From an uncultured bacterium (GTDB lineage: Bacteria > Krumholzibacteriota > Krumholzibacteriia > JACNKJ01): DNA of 64,000 nt. A program made the position numbers and the translations under genes. The stretch spans positions 2,464,001-2,528,000 of the forward strand of contig CAVOFT010000001.1 of NCBI GenBank assembly GCA_963695095.1, given 5' to 3'. Below, piece after piece: positions 21,756-32,949 of the stretch (positions are counted from its first letter, which is position 1; every line of letters starts with the position of its first letter). Under the pieces are notes generated by a model. It ran no database searches. It was given only the letters and a program-made list of their open reading frames with translations, and was not told where the DNA came from.

Positions 21756-22546
21756 CAGCCACCGCCCTCCTGCCGGAGCCAGAGCACGGCGGCGAAGGCC
21801 GCCGCCGCGGCGAGCAGGGGCAGCAGCTCACCGGGCGCGGGCGCTGGCCGCGGCGAGCCCGCCCAGCGCTCGGGGAAGCGGCGCAGGGTCAGCGAGTCGG
21901 CGAGAGCGTCGCCGCGGGCCAGCAGGTTGCGGAAGAGCGGCAGCAGCAGCGCCGGCCACTGGGCGGCGACGGGCCCCCGTCCCCCGCCGCCACCCCGCGC
22001 GCGCCAGGCGCGCTCGAGCAGGAAGGCCTCCCGGTAGGCCAGCTCGAGCCAGGAGAGGGCGAGCAGCGGCGCCAGCCACAGGCGGGCCAGTCGCGGCGAA
22101 GCCGGCAGCCGCGCGAGCAGGGCCGCCGGATGCAGGCGCTCCAGCGTGCGCATCGAGACGAGGATCCACAGGCCCAGGCGCAGCGCGGCGAGCAGGCCCC
22201 GCTCGAGGCCGCCGACGTCGAAGCGCCAGGGCAGGGGGCCCGCCGCGAAGCCCCGCCAGGCCAGGCCGTGGAGCAGCGGCACGAGAACGAGCAGGGGCGC
22301 GAAGCGCGCGAGCGCGCGCCAGGCCGCGCCGCCGGGCGCCGGCAGCAGGAGCAGCAGCAGCACGCCGGCGATGGCCGGCAAGAGCTGGCGGGGCGTCCAG
22401 GCGAGGCCGACGCCCAGGGACAGGAGGAGGAAGGCCCCGAGCACGGGCAGTGGATGGGCGCTGCCGATGGGCAGCAGGGTCGGCAGGGGCGAGGGCGGGA
22501 AGACCCGCCGGCGGCGCGCGCCGGAGCGCCAGGCGCCTCCGCTCAT
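21755..22546 (-). CDS. ECF transporter T-component (EcfT/CbiQ-like) membrane protein
   Basis: Multiple TMs, A-x-R-A-R-G motif (AWRARG), LADSLTLRRF; directly upstream of truA. Confidence 0.65.
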   Translation of the reverse strand: MSGGAWRSGARRRRVFPPSPLPTLLPIGSAHPLPVLGAFLLLSLGVGLAWTPRQLLPAIAGVLLLLLLPAPGGAAWRALARFAPLLVLVPLLHGLAWRGFAAGPLPWRFDVGGLERGLLAALRLGLWILVSMRTLERLHPAALLARLPASPRLARLWLAPLLALSWLELAYREAFLLERAWRARGGGGGRGPVAAQWPALLLPLFRNLLARGDALADSLTLRRFPERWAGSPRPAPAPGELLPLLAAAAAFAAVLWLRQEGGG

Positions 22547-23691
22547 GCCGACTCCCGGCACTCGGCGGCCAAGGCGCGCAGGGCCGAGGCCAGGCCGGAC
22601 CAGGCGAAGCGCGCCCGGGCGGCGGCGATGCCCGGTGCCAGCGCATCCGCGAGGGCAGCCTCGAAGAAGCGCTGGATGGCCGCCGCCAGGGCGGCGGGAT
22701 CCTCGGGCGGCACGAGCAGGCCGCTGACGCCGTCCTCGATCTGCTCGGGCAGGCCGCCCACCCGCGTCGCCAGCACGGGCCGGCCGGCGGCCAGGGCGAT
22801 CTGCGCGATGCCGCTCTGGGTGGCGCTGCGATAGGGCTGCAGCACCAGATCGGCGGCCTGGAAGTAGCGACCCACTTCTTCATTGGGCACGTAGCGGTCC
22901 ACGATGCGCACACGGTCACGCAAGCCGAGCTCCGCGATCAGCGCCTCCGTCCGCGCGCGCGGCTCGTAGAACTCCCCCACCACCCAGAGTTGCAGGCGGG
23001 GGTCGGCGAGCGCGGCCAGTGCGCGCAGGGCGAGATCGAGTCCCTTGTAGGCGCGCACATACCCGAAGAAAAGCAGTACGCGCGCCTCGGGAGCGATCCC
23101 CAGCGCGGCCCGCGCCTGCTCCCGCGTCAGGGCGCCCCCCTCCGCGAGCAGGGCCTCGTAGCTGGGATGCGGATGCACGCGCACGCGGGCCGCGGGCAGG
23201 AGCGCGCGCAGCACGGCGGCATCGCTCTCGCTGTGGACGAGGAAGCCCTGCGCGCGGGCCAGCGCGGGCCGAGCGAAGCGGCGATCCAGACGCCGCCGCT
23301 CGTGGGGCAGCACGTTGTGGCAGAGCAGGAGTCGGCTGGATGCCGGAGCCAGCGCCGCCAGGCGGCCGAGCACGCTGCCCAGCGCAGGGCCGAAGAAAGG
23401 CTGCCACCAGTGGCAGACCAGAGCGTCCGGCTCGGCGGCGGCGATGGCGGCGGCCGTGCGGCGCCAGCTCAGGGGGTTCACGCTGTCGAGCAGGCGCGGC
23501 GCCGCCACGCCCAGCGGACTTGCGCTCTCATCGTACTGCGTGCGACCGGGGAAGAGCAGGCCGGGGTAGAGGCGCCGGTAGTTGAAGGCGGCGACCTCAT
23601 CCTCGCGCGCGAGCTCGCGCGCGAGCAGGGCGCCGTAGTGGGCGATGCCGCCGCGATAGGGATGCACCGGCCCGAGCAGCGCCCAGCGCAC
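22543..23691 (-). CDS. Glycosyltransferase family 4
   Basis: PYRGGIAHY, CHNVLPHE, LFFGYVRAYKG, PYRSATQSGI, VGGLPE. Confidence 0.9.
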   Translation of the reverse strand: MRWALLGPVHPYRGGIAHYGALLARELAREDEVAAFNYRRLYPGLLFPGRTQYDESASPLGVAAPRLLDSVNPLSWRRTAAAIAAAEPDALVCHWWQPFFGPALGSVLGRLAALAPASSRLLLCHNVLPHERRRLDRRFARPALARAQGFLVHSESDAAVLRALLPAARVRVHPHPSYEALLAEGGALTREQARAALGIAPEARVLLFFGYVRAYKGLDLALRALAALADPRLQLWVVGEFYEPRARTEALIAELGLRDRVRIVDRYVPNEEVGRYFQAADLVLQPYRSATQSGIAQIALAAGRPVLATRVGGLPEQIEDGVSGLLVPPEDPAALAAAIQRFFEAALADALAPGIAAARARFAWSGLASALRALAAECRESA

Positions 23692-23699
23692 GGCGGACC

Positions 23700-25060
23700 T
23701 CAGCGGCTGCCGACGGTCAGCTCGGCCACCCGCAGGGTGGGAGCGACCACGGCACCCAGGCTGAAATCGAGGTCGTCGCCCACGGCGTCCACGGCGCCGA
23801 GCACCTGATCGAAATCGCCCGCCACCGCCACCTCGCGCACCGGATAGGCGATCTCGCCGCCCTCGATCCACAGCCCGGTGCAGCCCTGGGACCAGTGCCC
23901 GCTGGCGCTCTGGAAGCCGCCGCCGAGCATGCCGGTGACGATGAGCCCGCGGGGCGTCGCGGCCAGCATGGCCGCCGGGCTCGTCGTGCCCGGCGCCAGG
24001 TAGAGATTGCTCGCGGCGACGCCGCCGCCCCAGACGCCGTGGCCGCTGGCCGCGCAGTCGAGGCGGCGCGCGCTCTCCAGGTCGGTGGCGAAGTGCTTGA
24101 GGATGCCGGCCTCGACCAGGGCCAGGCGGCTGCCGGGCAGGCCCTCGCCGTCCCAGGGCCTGCTGCCGAGGCCGCGGGGCCGCTGCGGTTCGTCGATCAG
24201 GGTGATCAAGGGCGAAGCCACCGCCGTGCCCAGGCGCTCGGCCAGATAGCTGCGGCGCCGCCAGACGAGATCCCCGGCGAGGCAGCGAAAGAGCATGCCG
24301 ACGAGGCGCGCGGCCATCCGCGGCTCGAAGAGCACGGGGAAGCGGCCCGTGGGCGCCGGCCGCGCGTCCAGGCGGCGCAGCACGCGGCGGGCCGCCTCCG
24401 CCCCCAGCGAGGCCGGGCTGTCGAGATCGGCAAAGTGGCGGCTGCGCTTGGCCCAGCCGTCGGTGACGCGCTCGCCCGCGCCGTCGGTGGCCACCGGCAT
24501 CACCGAGAGCGAGAACTGACTGCTCGCGGTCCAGCCCGCGAAGCCGTTGCTCGTCATGTAGAGCAGCTCGCCCTCGCCGCCGGCGAAGCCGGCGCCCTGG
24601 CTGTTGTCGATGCGCGGGTCGGCGGCCATCGCTGCGCTCTCGAGCTCCCGGGCCAGGGCAATGCCCGCGGCGGTCGGCGGCCCGCCGCTCGCATCGCGCA
24701 GATCGAGGTCGCTCGGCGCCTGCGCGTAGGCCTCGGGCTCCGGCAGGCGGTGCAGGGGATCGGGGGCGCAGCTCGCGGCCAGGGCCACGGCCTCGGCAGC
24801 CAGGGCCGGGAGCCCGGCCGGCGCCGGCTCACAGAGGACGAGCAGGGCCTGCCGCCTTTCCTTGAAGACGCGCAGCGCCAGCGTGCGGCTCGCGGCCTCC
24901 TTGAGCACCTCGATCTCGCCCAGACGGATCTGGGCCGTGAACTCCCGCCCGGCGGCGAGCCTCAGGTCGGCCTCGTCGGCGCCGGCGGCCAGCGCCGCGG
25001 CCAGGGCCTGCTCGCCGAGGGCGCGCAGGGCCGCCTCGCTGCTCGTCGCGCCGCGGCCGC

Positions 25061-25064
<4 letters not shown>
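23700..25064 (-). CDS. pmbA: PmbA/TldE family protein
   Basis: GSRPWDGEG, SGHWSQG..GLWIEGGEIAYPVRE; paired with tldD; lacks HExxxH. Confidence 0.85.
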
Positions 25065-26482
<1,418 letters not shown>

Positions 26483-26591
26483 GCAGCTCCTCAGTGTGGC
26501 GCGCGTCGCAAGCTCCGCGCGCCTCGCTGGCGACGCGCAGCGCAGGGTCCGCGCCCCTCTGCAGCGAAGCTAGACCCCCGCGCGGTCCGCG

Positions 26592-27101
26592 TCAATCGGC
26601 GGCGCGGAGTTGGGCGCGCAGGTCCTTCAGGGCGCGCCGCTGCGCGTGCCAGGCGAGAGCGGGTGGCGACGCCAGGGGATACCAGCCGATGGCGTCGGCA
26701 TCGTCGCCGGGACGCGCCTCGCCCCCGGCCCAATCGGCGCGATAGACCACGAGCAGCGCGTTGTGTCGCGGGTCGTCGAAGGCGGAATAGACGCCGACCA
26801 GGGGGCCGAGCGCCGCGGCGAGGCCCGTCTCCTCCGCCAGCTCCCGGAGGGCGCAGGCGCCGATGTCCTCATCCCACTCCTGGAAGCCGCTGGGCAGAGA
26901 CCACAGGCCCTGCTTGGGCGGGTGGGCGCGGCGCACCCAGAGCAGCTCGGGCCCGGGATCGCGCAAGAGCATCACCGCCGCTGCCGGCACCGGGTTCTTC
27001 CAGTCGACGAAGCCGCAGGCGCAGGCGCCCCGCGGGCGGCCGCCGAGTTCGCGGCTCGCCAGCGGCGTGCCGCAGCGCGGGCAGAAGCGCCAGCCGCTCA
27101 C
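26592..27101 (-). CDS. NUDIX hydrolase with N-terminal zinc ribbon
   Basis: FCPRCG..CACG, WSLPSG..E...CALRELAEETG. Confidence 0.88.
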   Translation of the reverse strand: MSGWRFCPRCGTPLASRELGGRPRGACACGFVDWKNPVPAAAVMLLRDPGPELLWVRRAHPPKQGLWSLPSGFQEWDEDIGACALRELAEETGLAAALGPLVGVYSAFDDPRHNALLVVYRADWAGGEARPGDDADAIGWYPLASPPALAWHAQRRALKDLRAQLRAAD

Positions 27102-27706
27102 GATGCGCGCTGCGCGGCCGGCGTCTCGCGCCGGCGATAGACGCCGCGCTCCCGTTCGAGGCGCTTGCCCATCACCAGCTCACGGCGCCAGAAGCAGTAG
27201 TCGGGGTGATAGCGGGCGAGCAGGGCATTGACCTCGAGCTCGGGATAGTCACGCCCCGCGGCGAAGTGCTCCGCCAGCCAGTCGAGGATGACCTCGCGCT
27301 TCTTGCGCTGGGCGGGGATGGCGACGAGTCGACCTTGCTTGAGAAAGGTGTCGAGCACCTTGCGCGCGAAGAGGTCTTCCGGAAAGACGCCCGCGCCGGC
27401 CCGCAGATTGTCCAGGCGCAGCACCTCGCGCGCGGCTTCGCGCAGGCGCTTTTCCTCCAGGCAGTAGAGCCGATATTGCTGGTCCGTTTTCACGCTGAGC
27501 AGGCCGGCCTGGCGCAGGATGCGCAGGTGGTGGCTGACCGTGGCGGGGCCGAGGCCGAGCGCCGCGGCGATCTCCTCCACGACCGCCGGCCGGCCGGCCA
27601 GCAGGCCGACGATGCGCAGGCGCTGGACATGGGCCAGCGCCTTGAAGAAGTCGATGCTCCGCTCCAGGGTGGGACTGAGCGGGTCGCCGGGGGCCGCCGT
27701 CGCCAT
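27098..27706 (-). CDS. ArsR/SmtB HTH regulator fused to a DUF2087-like domain
   Basis: FKALAH..RLRI..TVSHHLRILRQAGL; C-terminal GRLVAIPAQRKKR..YPELEVN..DYCFWRRELV. Confidence 0.85.
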   Translation of the reverse strand: MATAAPGDPLSPTLERSIDFFKALAHVQRLRIVGLLAGRPAVVEEIAAALGLGPATVSHHLRILRQAGLLSVKTDQQYRLYCLEEKRLREAAREVLRLDNLRAGAGVFPEDLFARKVLDTFLKQGRLVAIPAQRKKREVILDWLAEHFAAGRDYPELEVNALLARYHPDYCFWRRELVMGKRLERERGVYRRRETPAAQRAS

Positions 27707-27721
27707 GGTCTACCTCCATGT

Positions 27722-27745
27722 TCATTTCGATGTTTCTTAGAATAA
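27722..27745. promoter_or_regulatory. Putative ArsR-type autoregulatory operator
   Basis: AT-rich imperfect palindrome ATTTCGATGTTTCTTAGAAT just upstream of the GGAGG SD of the ArsR gene. Confidence 0.4.
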
Positions 27746-27911
27746 CACCCGGCGGCCGCATCGGCAAGCGGAGGCTGCGCGGCCGCCCGCATGCTCCGCG
27801 TCTCGGCGGCGGCGCCCCGAGCTTTGGAATTGCGCCACTGGGCCAGGGCCTCCATTATTCAGCGGCCGCCCCCGGGCGGCTTATCTCTGCACTCTGTTCG
27901 AAAGGCAAGCG

Positions 27912-30449
27912 ATGCGGCGCGCGATCGTCCTGCTCTCCCTGCTCGGCTGCCTGCCGACCCCGGCAGCGGCCCAAGTCCCCGATCATGCCCTGGCCGGCAA
28001 CGCCATCCTGCTGCCGCCCCTCGCCGTGGCCGGCGACGCGGGCCTGCTCGGCCTGTATCACAACCCGGCGGCCCTCGCCCTGCAGCCCGGCGAGCTGAGC
28101 GCCTTCTACCTCCAGGGCCTGCGCGGAGGCACCGACCTGCCGGCCCTCGAGCCCGCCTTCACGCGCCGCTTCACGGGCGACTGGAGCGCCGCCCTCGGCG
28201 GCCGCGTCGCCGTCGGCATCGATCATCGGGCGCTGCCCGCCGGCTATGACTACGCGCCCCCGGAGGCGCCGAGCGTTCGCCTGGGCCGCAGCAATCGCTA
28301 CAATCTCGGCCTCGCCCAGCGCTTCGACTTTCCGGCGCTCGAGCTCCAGCTCGCCCTGGGCGGCGCCTATCGCTGGACGCGGAGCAGCGCCTACGCCCTC
28401 GACGGCCTCTCGACCTGGGATCTGGGCGCCGTCCTGCGCTGGGGACGCTGGGCTTCCTTCGGCCTCGTCGGCCAGAACCTGGGCCGGCCGACCCTGCGCG
28501 GGCTCGCGCCCGGCGAGTTGCCCAGCCTCGCGCCGAGCTACGTCTTCGGCCTCGCCCTGCGGCCCAGGCGGCACTGGGCCACCTTCAGCCTCGATCTCAC
28601 GCAGCGGGAGATCGAGGACAAGTGGGAGTACGAGACGCGCAGCGGCATCGCCCTGGACTTCAGCGGCCGCGTGCGCCTGCGCTTCGACTGGACGAATGCC
28701 GGCCGCTTCGGGCTCGGCGTCTTCATCGCCGGCGGACAGGCGCAGGCCGGGCTCGCGCTCGGCAATCGGCTGACGGAGAGCGAGGGCACGACGCGCGGCG
28801 CCCTCTGCCTCGGCCTGCACAGTCGCCGGCTCACGCGGCCCCTGCTGCCGCGGCGGCACTTCCTCGAGCTCGCGCTGGCCGATCGCATCGCCACGCGCGA
28901 GAGTGCCGGCGGGCAGGACGGGCCGAGCCTCGTCGCCCTCGTCGAGCGCGCCCGCCGCGAGCGCGACATCGCGGGCATCCTACTGCGCCTGGAGCAGCCG
29001 CGCCTGGGCCTGGCCCAGCGCGAGGAGCTGCGCCGCGCCCTGCTCGAATACCGCCGCGTGACCGGACGGCCGGTGGTGGCCTTCGCGCAGATCTACAGCG
29101 AAGAGGACTTCTACCTGGCCAGCGCCGCGAGCCAGCTGCTGATCAGCCCCGACGGGCTCCTGCACTTCTCCGGACCCCAGGCGCGCGCGCTCGATCCCGG
29201 CGGCGCCCTGGCGCGCCTGGGCCTGGCCGCGGACCTGATCGTCGAGGGCGACGCCAACAGCGCGCCGGCCCTGCTCAGCGGCAGGCGGCCGGGTCCGGCG
29301 GCGCTGGCCGCCGACAGCAGCCTGGCGATGGCGCGCTACCTCACGCTCTGCCGGGGCGTGGCCGAGGGCCGGAACCTGCCGCTCAACGAGATGCCCGCCC
29401 TGCTCGGGCGCGGGCTGATCGTGCCCGAGGCCGCCCTCAACCTCAAGCTCGTCGATGCGATCGTCGCCTCCGGCGCCCTGCGCGAGTGGCTGGCCGCAGA
29501 GCAGGGCCAGGGTCGCCTGCTCACGGCGCCGGCCCTGGCCGCCCGGCGCCCGACCCGCGTCGCCTGGGGAAGCGACCCGGCCATCGCCATTCTCCACCTC
29601 GACGGCCTGCTCGTGGACGGCGACAGCGGCCTGGGCATCCTGGGCCCGCAGACCGGCGTCGGCGACCTGGTGGCGGCCCTCGAAGAGGTGCGCCGCGAGC
29701 CGCGCCTGCGCGGCGCGCTGCTGCGGGTGGACAGCGGCGGCGGCAGCCTGCTGGCGGCCGAGCGCCTGCGCGAGGCGATCATCCGCACGCGCGCCAAGAA
29801 GCCGGTGGTCGTCAGCATCGGCGAGGCGGGAGCCGGCGCCGCCTATCTGGCCGGCGTCGAAGCCGACCGCCTCCTCGCCAATCGCTGCAGCGTCACCGGC
29901 GGCATCGGCGTCTGGGGCGGCAAGCTGCACTTCGGCGGCCTCGTCGAGCGACTGGGCGTCGGCCTCAGGCCACTGGTGGGCGACAGCCGCGCGGTCGACC
30001 TGGCCGCCGGCGCCGAGCCCTACGGGGCGGAGGCCCGCACGCAGCTGCAGACCGAACTCGCTCGCCGCTATCGCGGCTTTCTCGGGGTCGTCGCCGCCCG
30101 CCGCCACATCAGCCTGCCCGAGGTGGATCTGCTCGGCCGCGGCCGCGGCCTGGACGGCAACGAGGCTCTGCAGAACGGCCTCATCGACGAGATCGGCGGC
30201 CAGGTGGAAGCCATCGCCGCCCTGCGCCGCCTGACCGGCCTGCCGCCCCGCGAGTCCATCGAACTCATCGAGCTGCCCCGCCCGGCCCGGCGGCTGCCCT
30301 GGTCCCGCCCGGCCGGCGCCGGCCTGCTGCCGGCCGCGGGCGAGACGCTGCCGGACTGGCTGGCCCGCCTGGAGCCCTTCGGAGCCCCGGCCCTGCTCGC
30401 GCTCGATCCGGTGGCCCTCGCCGGCCTGGCGGCGGCGCCGCTGTGGTGA
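27912..30449 (+). CDS. Secreted fusion of an N-terminal beta-barrel-like region and tandem S49 (SppA-like) domains, catalytic residues apparently lost
   Basis: Signal peptide, YHNPAALA, amphipathic strands to about aa 300; then GILLRL, FYLASAA, LRVDSGGGS, KPVVVS, TGGIGV, GLIDEIGG. Confidence 0.8.
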   Translation: MRRAIVLLSLLGCLPTPAAAQVPDHALAGNAILLPPLAVAGDAGLLGLYHNPAALALQPGELSAFYLQGLRGGTDLPALEPAFTRRFTGDWSAALGGRVAVGIDHRALPAGYDYAPPEAPSVRLGRSNRYNLGLAQRFDFPALELQLALGGAYRWTRSSAYALDGLSTWDLGAVLRWGRWASFGLVGQNLGRPTLRGLAPGELPSLAPSYVFGLALRPRRHWATFSLDLTQREIEDKWEYETRSGIALDFSGRVRLRFDWTNAGRFGLGVFIAGGQAQAGLALGNRLTESEGTTRGALCLGLHSRRLTRPLLPRRHFLELALADRIATRESAGGQDGPSLVALVERARRERDIAGILLRLEQPRLGLAQREELRRALLEYRRVTGRPVVAFAQIYSEEDFYLASAASQLLISPDGLLHFSGPQARALDPGGALARLGLAADLIVEGDANSAPALLSGRRPGPAALAADSSLAMARYLTLCRGVAEGRNLPLNEMPALLGRGLIVPEAALNLKLVDAIVASGALREWLAAEQGQGRLLTAPALAARRPTRVAWGSDPAIAILHLDGLLVDGDSGLGILGPQTGVGDLVAALEEVRREPRLRGALLRVDSGGGSLLAAERLREAIIRTRAKKPVVVSIGEAGAGAAYLAGVEADRLLANRCSVTGGIGVWGGKLHFGGLVERLGVGLRPLVGDSRAVDLAAGAEPYGAEARTQLQTELARRYRGFLGVVAARRHISLPEVDLLGRGRGLDGNEALQNGLIDEIGGQVEAIAALRRLTGLPPRESIELIELPRPARRLPWSRPAGAGLLPAAGETLPDWLARLEPFGAPALLALDPVALAGLAAAPLW

Positions 30450-31377
30450 GCTGGCGCCGCGCGCAGCTACGGCTCTCGCCGAGCCTGGCCGCCTTCCTCG
30501 AGGAGCGGCTGATCCTGGACGGCTGGGACCGCGTGGCCAGCGAGCGCCGCCCGGGCGAGCAAGTGCTCACGCTCTCGGTCTACGCCGAACTCGAGGCCGC
30601 CCTGCCCGGCGCCGCCTGAGCTCGCGCGCTGGCTGGCGGAGGCGCGGGCAGCGGGCCTCGCCCCGCCGCCCGCGCTCGCCTGGGCCGAGGATGTCGTCGT
30701 GGAGGAGGACTGGGACGCGGGCTTCCGCGCCCACTTCGCCGGACGCCTGCTGGCGCCGGGCATCGCCATCCTGCCCAGCTGGGAACGCCAGGGGGCCGGA
30801 CCGCTGGCGGCGCTGCCGGGTCCCGGATCGGCCATCGCCATCGTGCTCGAGCCCGGCCAGGCCTTCGGGACGGGCGAGCACCCCACCACCGCGCTCTGCC
30901 TGGAGGCGCTGCAGGCGCTGGCTGGCGGCGCGCGGCAGCGAGTCGCCGCGCTGCCTGGACATCGGCAGCGGCACGGGCGTGCTGTCCATCGCCGCGCGGC
31001 TCTGGGGGGCGGGCCTCGTGCGCGGTTACGACATCGAGCCGGCGGCCGTCGTCAACGCCTACCTCAACGCCGAGCTGAACGGGCTCGCCGGGCAGCTCGA
31101 TTTCGTCTGGGGCGAGCCGACCCAGCTCGAGCCACAGGCCTGGGACCTCCTGCTCTGCAACCTCTTCCTCGGTCCCATCCAGCGCCTGCTCCCGCGGCTG
31201 GATGCCGCCCTCGCCCCCGGCGCGGGGGCCATTCTCTCGGGCTTCCTCGTCAAGCAGGCCGAGCGCATCCGCGAGGCGGCCGGCGCCCGCGGCTGGCTGC
31301 TGAGCGCGGAGCGCAGTCGGGACGACTGGGTGGCGCAGGTCTGGACCAAGCCCGGGGGCGCGGCCGCCTCGGCCTGA
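30446..31377 (+). CDS. prmA: Ribosomal protein L11 methyltransferase-like, frameshifts near 30615 and 30930
   Basis: EEDW, LEPGQAFGTGEHPTTALCL, LDIGSGTGVLSIAA, ILSG. Confidence 0.8.
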
Positions 31378-31484
31378 GCGATGCGCTGTCTGCAATGGAG
31401 GACGCTCTGTGCTCTCAGCGGGGCAGTGCCCGTGGGCCATGACTGGGGACGACCTGTGAAGCGGTCGCGTCAAACCCATACTCA

Positions 31485-31540
31485 CATCAACAATTTGGAC
31501 GGAATCCTCCGCGGGGCCGGCAGTTGGCATCCGACTTGAT
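31485..31540 (+). promoter_or_regulatory. Putative sigma54 (-24/-12) promoter with upstream IHF-like site
   Basis: TGGCAT-N5-TTGAT at 31525-31540 (consensus TGGCAC-N5-TTGCW); CATCAACAATTTG at 31485-31497 (IHF WATCAAN4TTR). Confidence 0.5.
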
Positions 31541-31550
31541 AGAGCCGGGG

Positions 31551-31611
31551 CAGCAGGGGTAATCCGGGAAAGTGGCCTTCGATCGCTTGGGGCTACTTTC
31601 CCCTTTTTTTT
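31551..31611 (+). ncRNA. Candidate ~60 nt sigma54-dependent small RNA
   Basis: Predicted +1 about 12 nt after the -12 box; ends in a strong terminator; no ORF. Confidence 0.4.
31566..31611 (+). terminator. Intrinsic terminator
   Basis: GGGAAAGTGGCCTT-loop-GGGGCTACTTTCCC followed by T8. Confidence 0.88.
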
Positions 31612-31637
31612 GCCCTCCGGGCGCCAACCCACGGGCA

Positions 31638-31666
31638 TTGACCGCCGGGGAGCAGAGCCTTAAGTT
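31638..31666 (+). promoter_or_regulatory. Putative sigma70 promoter for the POTRA/M23 genes
   Basis: TTGACC-17 nt-TAAGTT. Confidence 0.5.
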
Positions 31667-31717
31667 CCTCGCGGCGGTCGCGCTGCGGCCGCTCCCGCCC
31701 CCCGCCGAGGAGCCCGC

Positions 31718-32947
31718 ATGCCGCGCCCAGGCCCATTCGCCCTAGCGCTCCTGTTCCTGTGCGCCTCCATCGTCGCCGCGCAAGCGGCCCTCACTCCCCC
31801 CGCCGGTCTGCGCGTGGTCACCGTCCTCGTGCAGGGGCTCGACCGGATTTCGCGCGCGCAATTGCTCGCCGATCTCGAGCTCGCCGAGGGCGGACCCTAC
31901 GCAGCCGGACTCGAGCGCCGTCTCGAGGCCCGCGGGCGGACGCTGCCCTACCTGCGCAGCCTGCGCGTCGAGAGCCGGACAGGCAGCCAGGGCATGCATC
32001 TCACGCTCCGCGTGCGCGAGGCGAGCCCCCTGCGCCTGGCGCCCGTGGTCACGGTGCTCGACGACGGGGAGCTCGACGGGGGGCTCGCCCTCGAGGGCGC
32101 CGCGCCCCTGGGCCGGAACGAGCGCTGGCGGGGCCGGATCCTCGTCGGCCCCTACGCCGAGGGTTCGCTGCGGGTGGATGCGCTGCAGCTCGCGCCGCCG
32201 CTGCCGGACCTGACGATCGAGGTCGGCGTGAGCGACTACGACGACCCCTTCCGCGCCAGCGAGGTAACGCGCTGGTGGTCGCTGGCCGGCCCCACCCTGG
32301 CCCTGCCGGCGGCGGGCCGCCTGACCCTCCTGGGGGGCTGGGAGCGCGTCGACACGGCGCCGGCCCGGGGCCTCGATCCCGACGGCAGCGAAGCCCAGCC
32401 GCTCTTTCGGCTCGAAGCCGCCCAGCCGCTCGCCGGCGAGGCCCTGGCGCTGGGCCTGGAGGCCGAGCTGCGCAGCCCCAGCGCGGAGCGCGGCCGCGCC
32501 CGGGCCGAGGCGTGGCTCGACGGCCGCCGCCGACAGGGGCGCTGGCTCCTGGAAAGCCGCCTGGCCGGCGGCCTCGTCCAGCACCGCAGCCCCCTCACCG
32601 AGATCGCCTACATGGACGCCTGGCGCTACCTGCGCGGCCATGCCAGCGGCAGCTTGCCGGCGCGAGAATTCCAGCTCCTGCGCCTGCGCGCGGACTTCCG
32701 CTTGCATCAGTTCGAGGTGCGCCTCCGGCGCGGCAGCGATCCCGATCCGGTAGTCTTCGGGCCGTATTTTCTCTTGGAGGGAGCGCGCTTCCGGGAGTAT
32801 CGTGCTGCCGCCTTCGACGAGGCCGGCGACTGGGGCCTCGGTCTCAGCGCCTGGCTGCCCGGCCGACCCCGCTTGCGGGCCTCTTTGGGTCTGCAGTGGA
32901 ACGACGCGGGTGAACCGACCACCCTCTTCCTCCTGGAGGAACGCTGA
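31718..32947 (+). CDS. Outer-membrane protein with one POTRA-like domain and a beta-barrel (Omp85/TamA-like, divergent)
   Basis: Signal peptide; VLVQGLDRISRAQLLADL..LPYLRSLRV..LTLRVRE POTRA pattern; YLRGH near the expected (V/L)RGF/Y lid motif. Confidence 0.6.
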   Translation: MPRPGPFALALLFLCASIVAAQAALTPPAGLRVVTVLVQGLDRISRAQLLADLELAEGGPYAAGLERRLEARGRTLPYLRSLRVESRTGSQGMHLTLRVREASPLRLAPVVTVLDDGELDGGLALEGAAPLGRNERWRGRILVGPYAEGSLRVDALQLAPPLPDLTIEVGVSDYDDPFRASEVTRWWSLAGPTLALPAAGRLTLLGGWERVDTAPARGLDPDGSEAQPLFRLEAAQPLAGEALALGLEAELRSPSAERGRARAEAWLDGRRRQGRWLLESRLAGGLVQHRSPLTEIAYMDAWRYLRGHASGSLPAREFQLLRLRADFRLHQFEVRLRRGSDPDPVVFGPYFLLEGARFREYRAAAFDEAGDWGLGLSAWLPGRPRLRASLGLQWNDAGEPTTLFLLEER

Positions 32948-32949
32948 TC

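Noticed and set aside
31395..31442. Short ORF MEDALCSQRGSARGP in the large intergenic gap
   Set aside because: No clear SD and no distinctive composition.
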